Origin: Ruditapes philippinarum
Lineage: Eukaryota
NCBI RefSeq assembly: GCF_026571515.1
Contig: NW_026862758.1
Location: 1 to 64,000, forward strand
Reading direction: 5' to 3'
DNA length: 64,000 nucleotides
The notes below the pieces were generated by a model. It saw nothing but the letters and a program-made list of their open reading frames with translations. It ran no database searches and was not told the origin of the DNA. How positions within the stretch are numbered: position 1 is the first letter of the stretch; every line of letters starts with the position of its first letter. This document shows, one piece after another, positions 1 through 12,940 of this stretch. The position numbers were made by a program, and so were the translations under genes.

Positions 1-533
1 CTTGATAAAACAGTGATGTTATTGAGCGATAAAATCACTGGGATATATTATTTCTTAAGTAAACATAACTTTTCCATGTATTTCATAATGCACACAATTT
101 ATAATACTCATAGTTGATGACAAATAATTCGTCGTATTGCAGTATGAACCATTCTGTTTTAATATATTTCATGATTCAAATGTCTAAATGAAACATTTCC
201 TTCATAATACAAGTACTTGTGATGTAAATATAGATATAGATTATGTTTATTTCATAGACGATATTTGTTTGATCTGCATTAAGATTGAAATATAATTTCA
301 CTATTTTCCTAACATAATTAGCTTGTGTATTCTCTACATAACCATAACTGTTCAATTATTCAAATTGTAAAAATATATCCTATACATTACCCTTTATTTA
401 TCACCAAAACACATACTCAATAAAACAAAATGTGATACTAAAATCTACTCAAATAAAAAATAAAAACATTCATATCGCTTCTTTTTCATTGATTTCATTC
501 ACCCATTCTATTTGTTCACTAAGAAAAATTAAA

Positions 534-1880
534 AAGTCGAGCGTTGCCCCCGCCCGGCGGTGGCTCTTGTTTGGCAGAGTTATGTCCCTTTCACTTTGAA
601 AATAATATAGATACATCTTAGGAATAAGCAGTTTAAGTTTGAATTTGGTCATGGTTCAATGATTTTGGACAAACTTATCTTTCTTGAATGTTGGAAAAAT
701 TTTGAACTTTTAGTTTCAGCACTCATACTTTTGTGGAAATGTATGTAGCCATTATTTTGGCTACACATATGAAATATGCTATTTTCAAAAGGTTAAGACT
801 GAATAATTTCAGTGCCTTGAACATTGTATGTTTGAATGGTTTGTGTTAACATTGAAAAGTTTTAAGGGCTTTGAACTTAAAATGAAAAAAAAATAATTTG
901 TGCAAACAAATTTGGAACTAAATATTAGAACATCTGAAATTTTGGCTGCATGCGGGGGCATCCGTGGCATGATGACACATTTCTAGTTTTCTGTGTGTTG
1001 CCAGATACACAAAAGCTTGTCCGGACTACTCCTCATAAACTACTGGTGCAATTTTATCCAAACTTTACAGGAATGATCAGTACCAAGTCTAGTTGTGCAC
1101 TGTCCGTCTGCCCAACATGAAATTGGCCATCATGAGGCGACACATGTGATCACTGATCGCTCTTGTTCATAGATCAAAGGATTTTGAAAATAATTGGCAC
1201 AAATACTAATTATAATAAGACGATGTGTCATGCGCAACACCTGCATCCCTACCTCCAAGGTCAAGGTCACACTTAAAGGTCAAAAATTAACATAGTCTGT
1301 TGTAGGGTATATTTTGTGTCCGATCTAGAACTTCTTCATAGTTCAAGGGATTTTAAATTAACAAATAGTCACAATGGTCATTTTTGCCTCAATCATCATC
1401 AAACTTGGTCAGGATGCTAGTCCGGGTGATAGCTCGGAGGAGTTCGAACATGGGTCATCTCGGATTAAAAACAAGGTCACAGGAGCTAAAAATAAAAAAA
1501 CCTTGTTAACACTCTGAACACTCTAGGGGTCACATTATTGCCTCCATCATCATCAAACTTGGTCAGGAAACTTGTCTAGGTGATAGCTCGGATGAGTTCA
1601 AACATGGGTCATCTCGGATGAAAACCTAAGTCACCGGAGCTAAAAATAGAAAAACCTTGTTAACACTCTAGATAGTGGCTACAGTTTTGATCCAAATATC
1701 CGGTAAATTGCTCTGAAAGTTTGTTTTGATGATTTTCGAACATGGGTCATCTCGGATGAAAAACTAGGTCACACCGCCAAAATATGGAAAAATCTTGTTA
1801 ATACTCCATTGGTCACATTTTTGACATAATTATTATCAAACTTTGTCAGGATGCTTGTCTAGGTAATTGTTCAGATGAGT
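534..1880 (+). repeat. Cluster of nested Helentron-like fragments
   Basis: Three 3' termini (hairpin + CTTGTT/CTAGTT) at ~534-571, ~952-989 and ~1130-1167. Tandem ~145-bp units (CATCAAACTTGGTCAGG..CATGGGTCATCTCGGA) at 1375-1880 are also found at 10540-10745. Confidence 0.65.
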
Positions 1881-3525
1881 AAATATGATAACCATACGTG
1901 TTAACCGTAAATGAGAAGTTACATTTAAATGACTGAAACGTAGAATTCCGTAAAAATGATTAATCTAATTAGCAATAATAAATCATTTTGTCAAATGTCA
2001 TAAATAAGGTTTTGACAATTAAGACAAACATATATTCTATAATTTAGAAGCCTTATTATTAGTTAAATGGAAAAACGCATGGTTGAAATAAGTTAGTATT
2101 TATAGCTTACTTTACCTAAAATTGAATTGAACTAAATTACCAATTTTATTATCCAATAATATGATTAATAAACGATCAGTGACACTCTTAAACCGATTTT
2201 TATTAAAATGACATACCGGTAGTACTTTTAAAAAAAACTTGATTCTTAAAACAGTTATTTTATTTACCATCTTTTGAAAAATGCTTTCAAAGTAGCTAAT
2301 GCAAAATAATGTGATGAAAATATTGCCGGGTTTCCTACGACAAAACAACATCCGCTTTTTGAGAATAGAAATTTTGACACGTTTTATTACGTTTTGGGTG
2401 TTCTTTCTAAAAAAGGGTCGGCTTTTGGAGAAACGAAAAAACGATACGTTTAAATACGTTACTGTCGCGGAAAGGAAATAAAGTTGGTTGAAATCACGAT
2501 AATGGACAATCAAAGATTTTTGACTAAATTGAAAATTCCCTGCAAGTAAGGCATGCTGCTGCACAAAATAATTGTCAGAACTACTGATTTGAACTGGAGT
2601 CAATAGGCCATCATTGTTGCCTCTCACTCCTAACATTGATTTTGAATGAATTTTTGTGCCCCCACTTTAGGAGGGGGGTGGGGGTGGCATTTAGATTTAC
2701 CTTTGTCCATCCGTCCGTCCGTTCTCTTGTGTCGCACGTAACTCAAAAAGAATTTGACCTAGAGTCATGAAACGTTACAGGAATGTTGATCAGCATGTGT
2801 AGTTGTGCACCTGGGTATTTTCTTGTGGATTTATATAGTAGTCTTAGAGTTATTGCCCTTCACTAAGTAAATTTTGCAATTTTCAACTTGTCGCATGTAA
2901 CTCAAAAAGGATTTGACATAGAGTCATGAAACTTTACAGGAATGTTGATCAGCATGTGTAGTTGTGCACCTGGGTATTTTCGTCTGGGTTTATTTAGTAT
3001 TTTTAGAGTTATTGCCCTTGACTTGGTAAAACTTGCAATTTTCAACTTGTGTCGCATGTAACTCGAAAAGGATTTGACCTAGTCATAAAACTTTATAGCA
3101 TGTGTAGTTGTGCACCTGGGTATTTTCACGTGGATTTATACAGTATTGTTAAGAGTTATTGCCCTTGACTTAGTAAAATTTTGCAATTTTCAACTTGTGT
3201 TGCATGTAACTCAAAAAGGATTTGACATAGAGTCATGAAACTACAGTAATTTTGATCAGCATGTGTAGGTGTGCAACGTGAATTAATTTAGTATTTGTAG
3301 AGTTATTGCCCTTGACTTAGTAAAAATTAGCAATTTTCAACTTGTGTCACATGTAGCTCAAAAAGTATTTGACCTATGTTCATGAAACTACAGAAATGTT
3401 CATCAGCATATGTAGTTCTGCACCTGGGTATTTTCATAAGCATTTATTAGCTCACCTGTCACAAAAGAAAATGGTGAGCTTTTGCGATCACTTTGGCCGG
3501 CGTCCGTCCATAAACTTTTACTTAA

Positions 3526-3870
3526 AAGCTGCATGCCTCCAGACGAGTCAAAATATTTCAAGAAAAATCAAACTTGGAAATATGTACTACGATTTTAGGA
3601 AAAGTAAAATGATTCAAGTTTCAAGTAATGTTTTACATGTAATGTGCGGTTAATGACTGATTTTTTTTCGTATTTACAACTAAATTTCTACTGTGTTACT
3701 AAAGCAGTAAGGACTATTTATGCATATTTTGACAACTTTGGTAATTTACATGGCTTGTAAGTGCCATTGATAATGTGTAAATGACTTCCTTTTGGTTATA
3801 TCACAATATTATACATTCAAATTTTAAAATTTTTCATGAAATGTAGCATGAATCTGGAGGCTTGCTGCTG
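3526..3870. mobile_element. Small TIR element inserted in the Helentron-like body (possibly Kolobok-like)
   Basis: GCTGCATGCCTCCAGA..TCTGGAGGCTTGCTGC inverted ends next to TTAA/TAA. Confidence 0.5.
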
Positions 3871-4460
3871 TAAGCAACATCTCATAAACCGCTAAGCCAA
3901 TTTCATCCAAACTTCACAGGAATGTTCCTTTGATAGTCAATTTTGAAAATTGTTCAAAGAATTCAATTCCAAGCCAGGGATTTTTTTTGCCTTATCTTAT
4001 AGCCGATATTCGGTCATATTCCCAATTGAAAATAGTATATTCACTATATTGTTTTCCCAATCCACAGGAAAAATTGCCAATTGAAGGTTACAAAATAAAT
4101 AACAAATTTTAAAATAAGGGCTTCTTCACTGTTATGGTGCTTAAATGTTTGCAGACAGTTGTTCTTTGCATTCTTTCAATCACTGCAAAATTTAAGTCAT
4201 GTACTTCTCCAACTTTTTAACAAAACATCGATGAAATTCCCAATTCCATGTGTATGGGTCATGTTCCCAAAATCCTGAGAAAAAAAACAACCTGCAAGCA
4301 GAACTATGGTTGCCATGGCAACCAAAAGATAAAAAAACCCTTAAAATATCTTCTTTTAGAGAACCGAAAGAGCTAGAGCTTAAATATATTTTAGTCGGTG
4401 TCTACCCAGTTTGTTCAAATAAATGTCTTGAGGTCAAAATTTCTTGCAAAAAAAATAATC

Positions 4461-4706
4461 AAATATACTGAAACAAAAAAGAAACTTTCTCCAAGTTTGA
4501 ATGTAGATATTTCAATCCTTTTGAAACTCGATTTTAACGTTGAATAAACATATCGGGCTTTTATACGGGGATTAGCTGACCGATTTTGCAAACAAAACGA
4601 GTTTTACAAGCTACTACATGTATATAAGTGTGTACATCTATAAGTGGTACCCTTGAACAACTGGCACATACTTTGCGAAAGTTTCTTTTTTGGTTCAGTA
4701 TATTTA
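4461..4706. mobile_element. Small MITE with ~29-bp TIRs
   Basis: AAATATACTGAAACAAAAAAGAAACTTTC / GAAAGTTTCTTTTTTGGTTCAGTATATTT. Confidence 0.6.
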
Positions 4707-4796
4707 GTTTCATATACACTTTAAACTGAACATAAAATAATTATGGATTCAATTGCATACCAGTTTTCTATTTCCTGCATACAATGCTAAAATAAT

Positions 4797-5033
4797 TGAG
4801 CCGCGCCATGACAAAACCAACATAATGCGTTTGCGACCAGCATGGACCCAGACCAGCCTGCGCATGCGCGCAGTCTGATCAGGATCCATGCTGTTCGCTT
4901 ACAAACCCTATAACAAATAGAGACTCTGACAGCGAACAGCATGGATCCTGATCAAACTGCGCGGATTTGCAGGCTGGTCTGGATCCATGCTGGTTGCAAA
5001 CCTATTATGTTAGTTTTGTCATGGCGCGGCTCA
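4797..5033. mobile_element. Palindromic MITE (TGAGCCG..CGGCTCA family), copy 1
   Basis: ~237 bp with ~100-bp inverted arms; six copies in the window. Confidence 0.9.
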
Positions 5034-5502
5034 ATTATGTGTAGTTTTGTCATGAACACTTAAGCTTAAAGGTCACTGCAAAAATCTTGTTTTGCACAGC
5101 ACACACATGAAACTTAATTATTTGAAAATGAAATAGACCTTCTCAAGTGAAAGTCTCAGAAAAGTTTTAAAAGAATTCTAAGAAGTAAGGCAGTAAAAAG
5201 TATATACAGTTTATTTGTTTATTTCATATTTTATAATAGCATAAGATTATAAATACAAAATCGTATCATATATTAGTTGCTGATTCATATGAAAGAATAA
5301 CTGAAAGACCCTCAAATATATAGTGAGAAGTTAAAAATTGGGTTACATTCACTTTGACTGTGTTAATTGAAACCAGCAAGTTACAGAAAGAATGATGGCA
5401 GGCATATATTTTAACATCTGAGTCAGTTTGATACAAACAAGCAGTATAATTATGATCAGTGAAAACTTTATTTGCAACACTGTCACTGTTTTTGACCCCT
5501 TA

Positions 5503-7622
5503 TTATTGGCTAGCCAATAAGCCAGAAAGGAGCTTACATATATGTATGATTGCTACATTGTTTCTTGCCCTTAGTTGAAGAGAAAGCAGGTAATAATTCA
5601 ATGCTTGTTGAGGTCTGTTTTCTTGTTCCATACATTGCCCTAAGATGTTGAGAGCTGTTTCTCTATGTGTAAGGTTTTTATCAGTTACTATGGTTCTAAT
5701 AAGTTTACTAAGCGCTTGTTGTTGATCTTGATGTCTTTGTAGATGACTGTAGATCTTATATTGTAGGAAGTACAGGAAAGGTAGAGAATCAACTACAGCC
5801 CAGTTCATCCAATAGTCTAATAACTCATCTCTGTGTATCATGTCATGTTGTGCAGATCTAAACATTTCATATTGTAGTTCATGAGGAACACAGTTGATCT
5901 CTTCCTGTATAAATTTGACACAAAATGCTGTAATATGTTTGATACAGTCCTCACTTTGCTCAGTACATATTCTTACTAATTCCGCTTTTACTGCTTGTGG
6001 CTGCTTACGCGAGCAGCCACAGATGGGTACAACAGGATAAGAGTAATATTGTTGTTCAGTCTGTCTCAGAATAAGTTCAGCTTTCTCCATATCTCCTGCA
6101 CTGTAGAACACTGAAGCCAATTTCAGTCTGCCAGATGAGTTATCTGAGTTTAAACCAGCTGAAAGCCAAGCCAATGCTGGAGGTGGCACTTGATTATTTT
6201 CACCAAGGCTGGATGATGCCAGGATAGATCCATATGTGGTAAAAGAACAAGGTGCTAGAAACTTGAATGCATCATGTTCTAATCTGTTACCATTATCACT
6301 GAAAGCAATAAGTTTACCTATGCAATGCTTGATTGTTACAATGCTTTTTTTTGTAAATATTTTAAAATAGCCATATGATTTATGCTTGTAACGTATGCTG
6401 TGTTTAAATAATCACAGAACATATAAAGTTCTTTTATTTCATAATGATATGCTCTTTGTGGTACCATGTTCAGTTTAACTTGCAGTCTATGGCCAAGATC
6501 ATCAATATCAATTCTAAGTAACATTTGTCTGTCATTTTGCAAATAATCACTCATATTTTTTAAAAGTTCATGTTTTTTTCCAGCTGTAAATTGCCCTGCC
6601 ATTAAATTGTTTTCTCGGATAATGAAATGTGAACAACAGTTATTCTGTACACAGCTTTGTAATTCTAATAAGCAGTATGTTAAGCATATAATTAAATTGT
6701 TCTCTTTCCATATACTTGACTCTGTGTTTTCTATACAGTGAAATAGAACTGTTTTACACATGAAACTTGATATATTGATTTCCCCGTGAGGATTGAGGAA
6801 GGATTTAAGAACCATTTTCAATAAAACATAGCACCTTATTTGCGTTATATTTAGATTGAACGTAAGGCATCTTTCTGCCAATGTTGTAGATATTCTCCAT
6901 TCCAGGTCAGGATATTTACTGACCTTACTTCCAGTTGGAACAACGAAACACCCAGTACTGGCTATATATCTTCTCATGTCTTGTGTTGGCCATCTGCCAA
7001 TACCTTGTCTATCTAACCAACCTGATGCTGATTGAGGCCAGGATTTACAAGAAAAAGCTGGCACAGTGTCTGTATCACACATTCCATGCCCTCCTTGTAC
7101 AGGATATGATGGTCCATGTTTGAAAATACACTGACCGGAAGGTCCATGTTTTAAAAAACCCTGACCGGAACCATTAAATATTGTGTTTTTTAACAATATT
7201 CTTCCTCTTCTATTATTGATATGGTGTTCTTTAGGAATGACAGTGGCAGGACGAGGTTCGTAACAATGGAGCAGTTGTAGGAAACAATAACCAGGGGTAG
7301 TATTCTCATCCTGTATCATGAGATAGTTTTTCTTGCCATGTTCCCACTCTGACCAGTCTTGTATTATATTGAAATCATGCACACAGACTAGTATATCAAT
7401 GTCTGAATTAAGTCCAATAGTAGTTGAACCTTCAGTCTGGCTCCCTAGATGATATTCAGTAAGTTTTAGATCAATTGACCTGTTTCTGATGTTACTCATA
7501 GTCTCTTTCAACATGTACCTTCTTCTCCTTCTCATCACCATTCTTTCATTGACACCAATGTCATCTAAAACCTCTGATAACATCAATGATAGGTTTTCTC
7601 TGTAGTCAGGTTCTTGAAACAT
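5503..7622 (-). CDS. cGAS-like receptor (cGLR; Mab-21 family nucleotidyltransferase) with C-terminal helical/TPR-like region; one frameshift at 6345-6352
   Basis: ORF 6336-7664 has the NTase motif GSQTEG-x7-SDID, a third acidic residue in DTDTVPAF, and Mab-21 segments WPQSASGW, LEWRISTTLAER and SFMCKTVLF. ORF 5503-6189 gives the helical C-terminus (RETALNILGQCMEQ). Adding one A to the A8 run (T8 at 6345-6352) joins both into ~706 aa with no stops (..LQKKSIVTIKHCIGKL..ENNQVPPPALAW). A splice acceptor (ttacag|A ATG) sits just before ATG 7622, so upstream exons are possible. Confidence 0.88.
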
Positions 7623-10600
7623 TCTGTAACAATTAGTAAAGGGGAAAATTGTTTTATTCAGCAACCAAGTTTATTTCGTCATGTTACTTAACTGTCCTTG
7701 ATGTCCTAGAACAGAACAGCACCGGATAGCCAGTACAGGATAGCAAATTTTGAAATTTTACATAATTTTAGGTAGATATCAATAAATAAATGAAATTGTA
7801 GATTTGTTTTCCTTTTATCTATTTGTTTTGTTATTTTTCTATTTCATTTCATGAACATTTTGATGTCTTAGTGTCTTAATAGATGAGTGGATGTGTGATT
7901 TATTAATTTCTTAATACTGAATATTAAAGTTAATCCTGGCAAAATATAACTGAATGTCTTTTTACCATGGTGGATTTTCTTTCAGTCTATTTTGTGTTAC
8001 AACTTTTCCAGTATCAATTTATTAAAAAAGTTTCTTACTTTCAATTTTGTTTAAAAAAAAAACTTTATGAAAAATAAATAAATAACTTACCAATATTTTA
8101 TCAATAGTAAATTGAACTAGTTCTTTAAAATAGTGAAACATTTTTGATTTCCAGAGTTACATTAATTTTATACTATTTTTTTTAATCAATACATAGTTAT
8201 AAATTTGATTAAATTTTGTGTAAAAATTACATTATATTAAATTGTATTAACTTGAAGCAGAAGCTAAGACAAGGATACTTGAATTTAATATAAACATTTG
8301 GCATTAAATTCTTACATAATTAAATTTTCAATGAAATACTTTGTTAAAATATTATTAATTAATAATGTAATAAATGTTGAAATATGTGTACAAAAATAAA
8401 TCACAAACTTACTTTGAAAAGATGATTTCGTACTATGTCACGAAAAAATCAAGAAATTATATTATTCTGTTTCGCAAGATCGAAAGAAATTTTGCTACTT
8501 TTACTTCCTCTGATGATGTGAGGAGGGAAATAACGCATTTTATCATCCTACTGTTTTATAAGAAAATTTTATTGTTTCCTCTGTTGAAAAAAAAACAACA
8601 ACAAAACATTAACAACATACATGAAACTATAAGGACTATAAGGACTTAAATATAAAGTACTATCTATTAAAGCAATAAAGAAATTATTAAGACAACATAT
8701 GAATTAAAATTATGTAAAGAATATTGCATGTACAAACATGCTTTCAGAGATTAGGTATATAAAAATGTTTTACAGACATGCCTAATTAAGATTTTAAGAT
8801 TATTGAAAACACAATAAATTTAGAGAGAAATGCGTTATTATTTAAATAACTGACAGAGTATTCATCAAGCTAACTTAGATATGAATATGGTACAATGTAT
8901 TATTGTTTATAAATTGAAAAATAGAAATACCAAAAAAAAAAAAATGAAGAAAGATAATGACTATTTTTTTTTTGTAATAAAACTCAGTATTTTCATGAGA
9001 AAACACATATACCACTCTTGTGGCTGAGGGGTTGCCTTTAAGGGTTGAGGCATCAAAATTGCAGCCACCGTTTATCCCTGTGTGATCATAAAGGGGGGCT
9101 AAATGGGTTTGAATTACTGCACTCTCTGCATCTATAATAGCTCCAGCTGGTAAGGTGGTTATGACCCCTGGTGTTGCTTCAAGTTTGAAACATTTAGGGT
9201 AATATCCAAATTCATCTTTCCTTTTTCAGCACAATATGACTTAGCTGGTTGGTGCCCTGTAAAACCAAACCAAACAAAAACTAAACAAAACAAAACTATA
9301 TAGGTATACAAAATAATATTATGGCAATAGATCTTCTAATAAAATATTGTCCTATATGTTATAAGTTCCCTACTAGTTAAACTGGAGGGGACTTTTAGGT
9401 GTACAAACATGTAGATACTTAAAGGGCTATGGGAAGGGTAAATTTCCTTTGATGCTTTTCATTCAGTAAGCTCTTTGGTGGCTAATTTTTCTCTTACTTG
9501 GCTAAAAGAACAATAGAGAGAACAAAAGAGTGGCAACTTATATACCAGACTTTGAGCACGTCCATTCAAACCATCTGTCCGTCCGTCCGCCCATACTTCC
9601 ATCCACAAAACTGGATCCCTTGATAACGCAAAAAGTACTGAAAATATTTTAGTGAAACTTGAAATATGGATAGATGGCAGTCTGAAGATAATGCATACAT
9701 TTTTCTTTTCTCCCTATGTTGAAACATTTGGTTGTTATGATAACAAATAGATTTAAAACATGGCAAATGTAATACAAAAACTAGATCCCGGGATAACGCA
9801 AAAAGTACTGAATTTTTTTTTTAGAAACTTAAAATATGGATAGATGGCAGTCTGGAGATTGTGCACATCTATGTTGAAAAATTTGGTTGCTTTGGCAACA
9901 AATGGACTTAAAATATGGCAAATATAACAATACATGTAGGTCTAATTGTGATAACTTAAAAATTACTGAAAATATTTTTAAAAACTTGCAATATGGATAG
10001 ATATGGAGAGGTTCACAAATCTAACACTAAAATTATTAGATTTACCTCCCCTTATCTTAGAAAAAAATGTTGTTTTTGTATAACTTCTTTATTTCTTAAT
10101 GCATCTATTTCAAATATGTGGCAATAGTTTCATATCACTTATCAGAATTATCATCCTTAATTGAACTCGGGAAATTTCATGAAAAAATGTGGTTTTCTAT
10201 AACTTCTTTATTTCTAAAGATGTCTACTTCAAACTTCAAGTACATTTATATGTTCCTTATTTTGACTCAAATCATGTGTGAGAAGATTCAATACCCTAGC
10301 TTGACTATTTCCAGCATTGTGCGCCCCCTTTTTTCTATAAATGATTATTTTTTCCTCATTTCTAACAGGATTTACTTCAAACTGCAAATTCCCAGATAAT
10401 TGTAATATGACAAGGTCTTTATACATGTATCTGCTGTCCACATTTCCAGAATAAACTTCCCTGTCAACTTTGATTTTCCCTTTTTAGCTCAGGGTGAGCT
10501 TTTAGAATCGTTGAATGTCAGTCATCCGTCCACATTTGTTCGTTAACACTCTAGCTAGCGGTCACATTTTTGCCTCAATCGCCATCAAACTTTGTCAGGA

Positions 10601-11870
10601 TGCTTGTCTTGGTAATAGCTCATGGGACATCTTGGATGAAAAACAGGAGCTAAAAATAGAGAACACTTGTTAACACTCTACTGGTCACATTTTTTACTCA
10701 ATTGTCATCAAACTTGGTCAGAATGCTTGGATGAGTTTGATGGGTCAGGTGAGCGATCTAGGGCCATAATGACCTTCTTGTTTAGTATTTGTAGAGTTAT
10801 TGCCCTTGACTTAATTTTTTTTGCAATTTTCAACTTGTGTCGCATGTAGCTCAAAAAGTATTTGACCTAGAGACATGAAACTTGTGCACCTGGGGTTTCG
10901 CTTGCGGATTTATTCTGTTTTGTCAGAGTTATTGCCCTTGACTTAGTAAAAACTATCCATTATGTTGCGATATTTGTTCCTTCAGTGCTTGAGCTAGAAT
11001 CAACCAACTTTACAGGAATAATGATAAACATCACTGTGAAGCTATGCACGTTGGGTCTTGCATGTGGAATTTTTCAAGTTTTGTTTGAATTATTGACCTT
11101 GACTTAGTATAAATTTGCAATTTTCAACTTGTTCATGCATAGCTCAAATTTTTTTGACCTGTAAGCCTGAAAAATTCAAAAATTTTGGTCAGCATGTGTA
11201 CGTACATATTTTTGGGTTTGCTTGTGGATTTGTTCAGTATTTGTAAAGTTCTTGCCCTTTTCTTAGTACAAATTTTTTAGTTTTCAACTTGTGGCACATG
11301 TAGCTCAAAAAATTTGACCTAGAGTCATAAGATTGACAAAACAGTGGCCGGAGTGTGGGGGCACCCGTGCCCTATGGACACATTTCCAGTTATTTATTAA
11401 GATGTGTTTGGTATACACTTTTTTAAGGTCTAATGTAATATTCAGGAGGCCTACATGAGTCATAAAATTTATGCCTATATCATTTGGTAAGATTTGTGTG
11501 AAAACTTTGTTATAAAATTGCTGCACACAACCTTTACGGTCACAATGACCTAGCGACTAGTCATGACAGGTAGATATTGTTTTGTCACTAGGTCAAAAGT
11601 CAGCCACAATAACCTAGCCACTTGACTAATTGACTGCTGATACTGGGCATACATGTTTTACAAAGATTTATCTATGCTCTTTAATGTACTGAGTGAATGA
11701 AAGTTGTGTTGCTGGCGTTGTATAAAGCTGTTATTTATGAATGAATGGTCTTAAATTCATACTTGAGCATTACTACTTTAAGGACAACGTCTTAAAAAAA
11801 GATCAAACTCAGTTGACATTGACCTATAAATAGCCTTTACCTTGAAGATCAAATTATAGTAATTTCATAT

Positions 11871-12940
11871 TTTTAAGCCACTGCAGCATCTGCGATGCAG
11901 TGGCATGTAGCGATTCACGTGTGTGTGTGTGCGTGCGTGTTATATAGATTATATATGAACTTGAAAAATCTTCTTGTTAAAAACCACTGGTCCAATTTCA
12001 ACCAAACTTGGCAGGATTAATCCTAGGGTGAAGGGCTTCCAAAGTTGTTTCATAAAGCACTTCATTCATTGCAGAAATCTGGTTGCCATGGCAAACACAA
12101 GGAATTAGAAAAATAAATCTAAAAATCTTCTTGTAAAGACCCACAAGGCCTAGAGCTTAGATATTTTGCATAAGGCATTGTTTGGTAGACCTCTACCAAG
12201 ATTGTTCAAATTATAGCCCTGGGGTCAAAATTGGCCCCGCCCCGGGGGTCATTGATTTTCACTATATGTACATATAGTAAAAACTTAAAAAATCATCTTC
12301 TCGAAATTGACAAAGGCTAGAGATAAGATATTTTGCACGAAATATTGTGTAGTGAACCTCTAGCAAGATTGTTTAAATTATAGCCCTGGGGTTAAAATTG
12401 GCCCTGCCTCGGGGGTCATTGATTTTTCACTATGTTCATATATTAGAACATTAAAAAATCTTATTGTCTGAAGGTACAAGGCTTAGAGCTTTGATATTTG
12501 GTATATGATATTATTTATAGGCACTCTACCAATGTTGTTAAAATTTTGCCTCTAGCGTCAAAATTAGCCCAGCCCCAGGGGTCATAGGTTTTCTTTACAT
12601 GTATATAGTAAAAACTTTAAAAATCATCTTCTCTTATTTACAAAGGCTAGAGGTTAGATATTTTGCATGAAACATTGTGTTGTGAACCTCTAGCAAGATT
12701 GTTCAAATTATAGCCCGGGGGTCAAAATTGGCCTTGCCCCGGGGGTCATGATTTTTCAGTCACTATATCATAAAGTAAAACATTAAAGATCTTCTTGTCT
12801 AAAGGTACTTATCTGATAATAACAATTTGATAGGTCAGTAATCTATGCATTATGGCAATCTTCAATTGTATAGAAACTATTACTATATAGTGTTGTATTA
12901 ATGCGGTGGCATAGCATCTTTCACAAATGCAATCTTGTTT
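11871..12940 (+). mobile_element. Helentron-derived element with ~180-bp tandem units
   Basis: 5' TTTAAGCCACTGC..GCAGTGGC hairpin plus (GT)n/(GCGT)n, repeated units (CAAATTATAGCCCTGGGGTCAAAATTGGCC), and 3' GCGGTGGC..CTTGTT. Confidence 0.75.

Larger units (their letters stand above)
3448..10781 (+). mobile_element. Composite Helentron-like insertion carrying the cGLR gene
   Basis: Starts TAGCTCACCTG (3448-3458) and ends CAGGTGAGC (10746-10754) plus a short palindrome and CTTGT(T). Inserted in a T-run with no TSD, and the flanks rejoin into one satellite unit. Confidence 0.7.
2650..11391 (+). mobile_element. Helentron-derived (HINE-like) host element with ~155-bp satellite array, split by a 7.3-kb insertion
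   Basis: 5' end TTTTTGTGCCCCCAC..(GTCC)n at 2650-2720. Satellite units at 2727-3447 resume at ~10783-11330. The 3' end has the complementary subTIR GTGGGGGCAC, a short hairpin and CCAGTT at 11354-11391. Confidence 0.8.

Noticed and set aside
2112-2636. 174-aa ORF
   Set aside because: Non-ATG start, no recognisable motif, and located among repeat fragments.
7830-8530. ISRE/ETS-like motifs upstream of the cGLR
   Set aside because: GAAANNGAAA-type matches are expected by chance at this AT content, and the TSS is unknown.
9013-9055. Candidate upstream coding exon for the cGLR
   Set aside because: Splicing it to the 7623 acceptor creates an in-frame TGA; not supportable.
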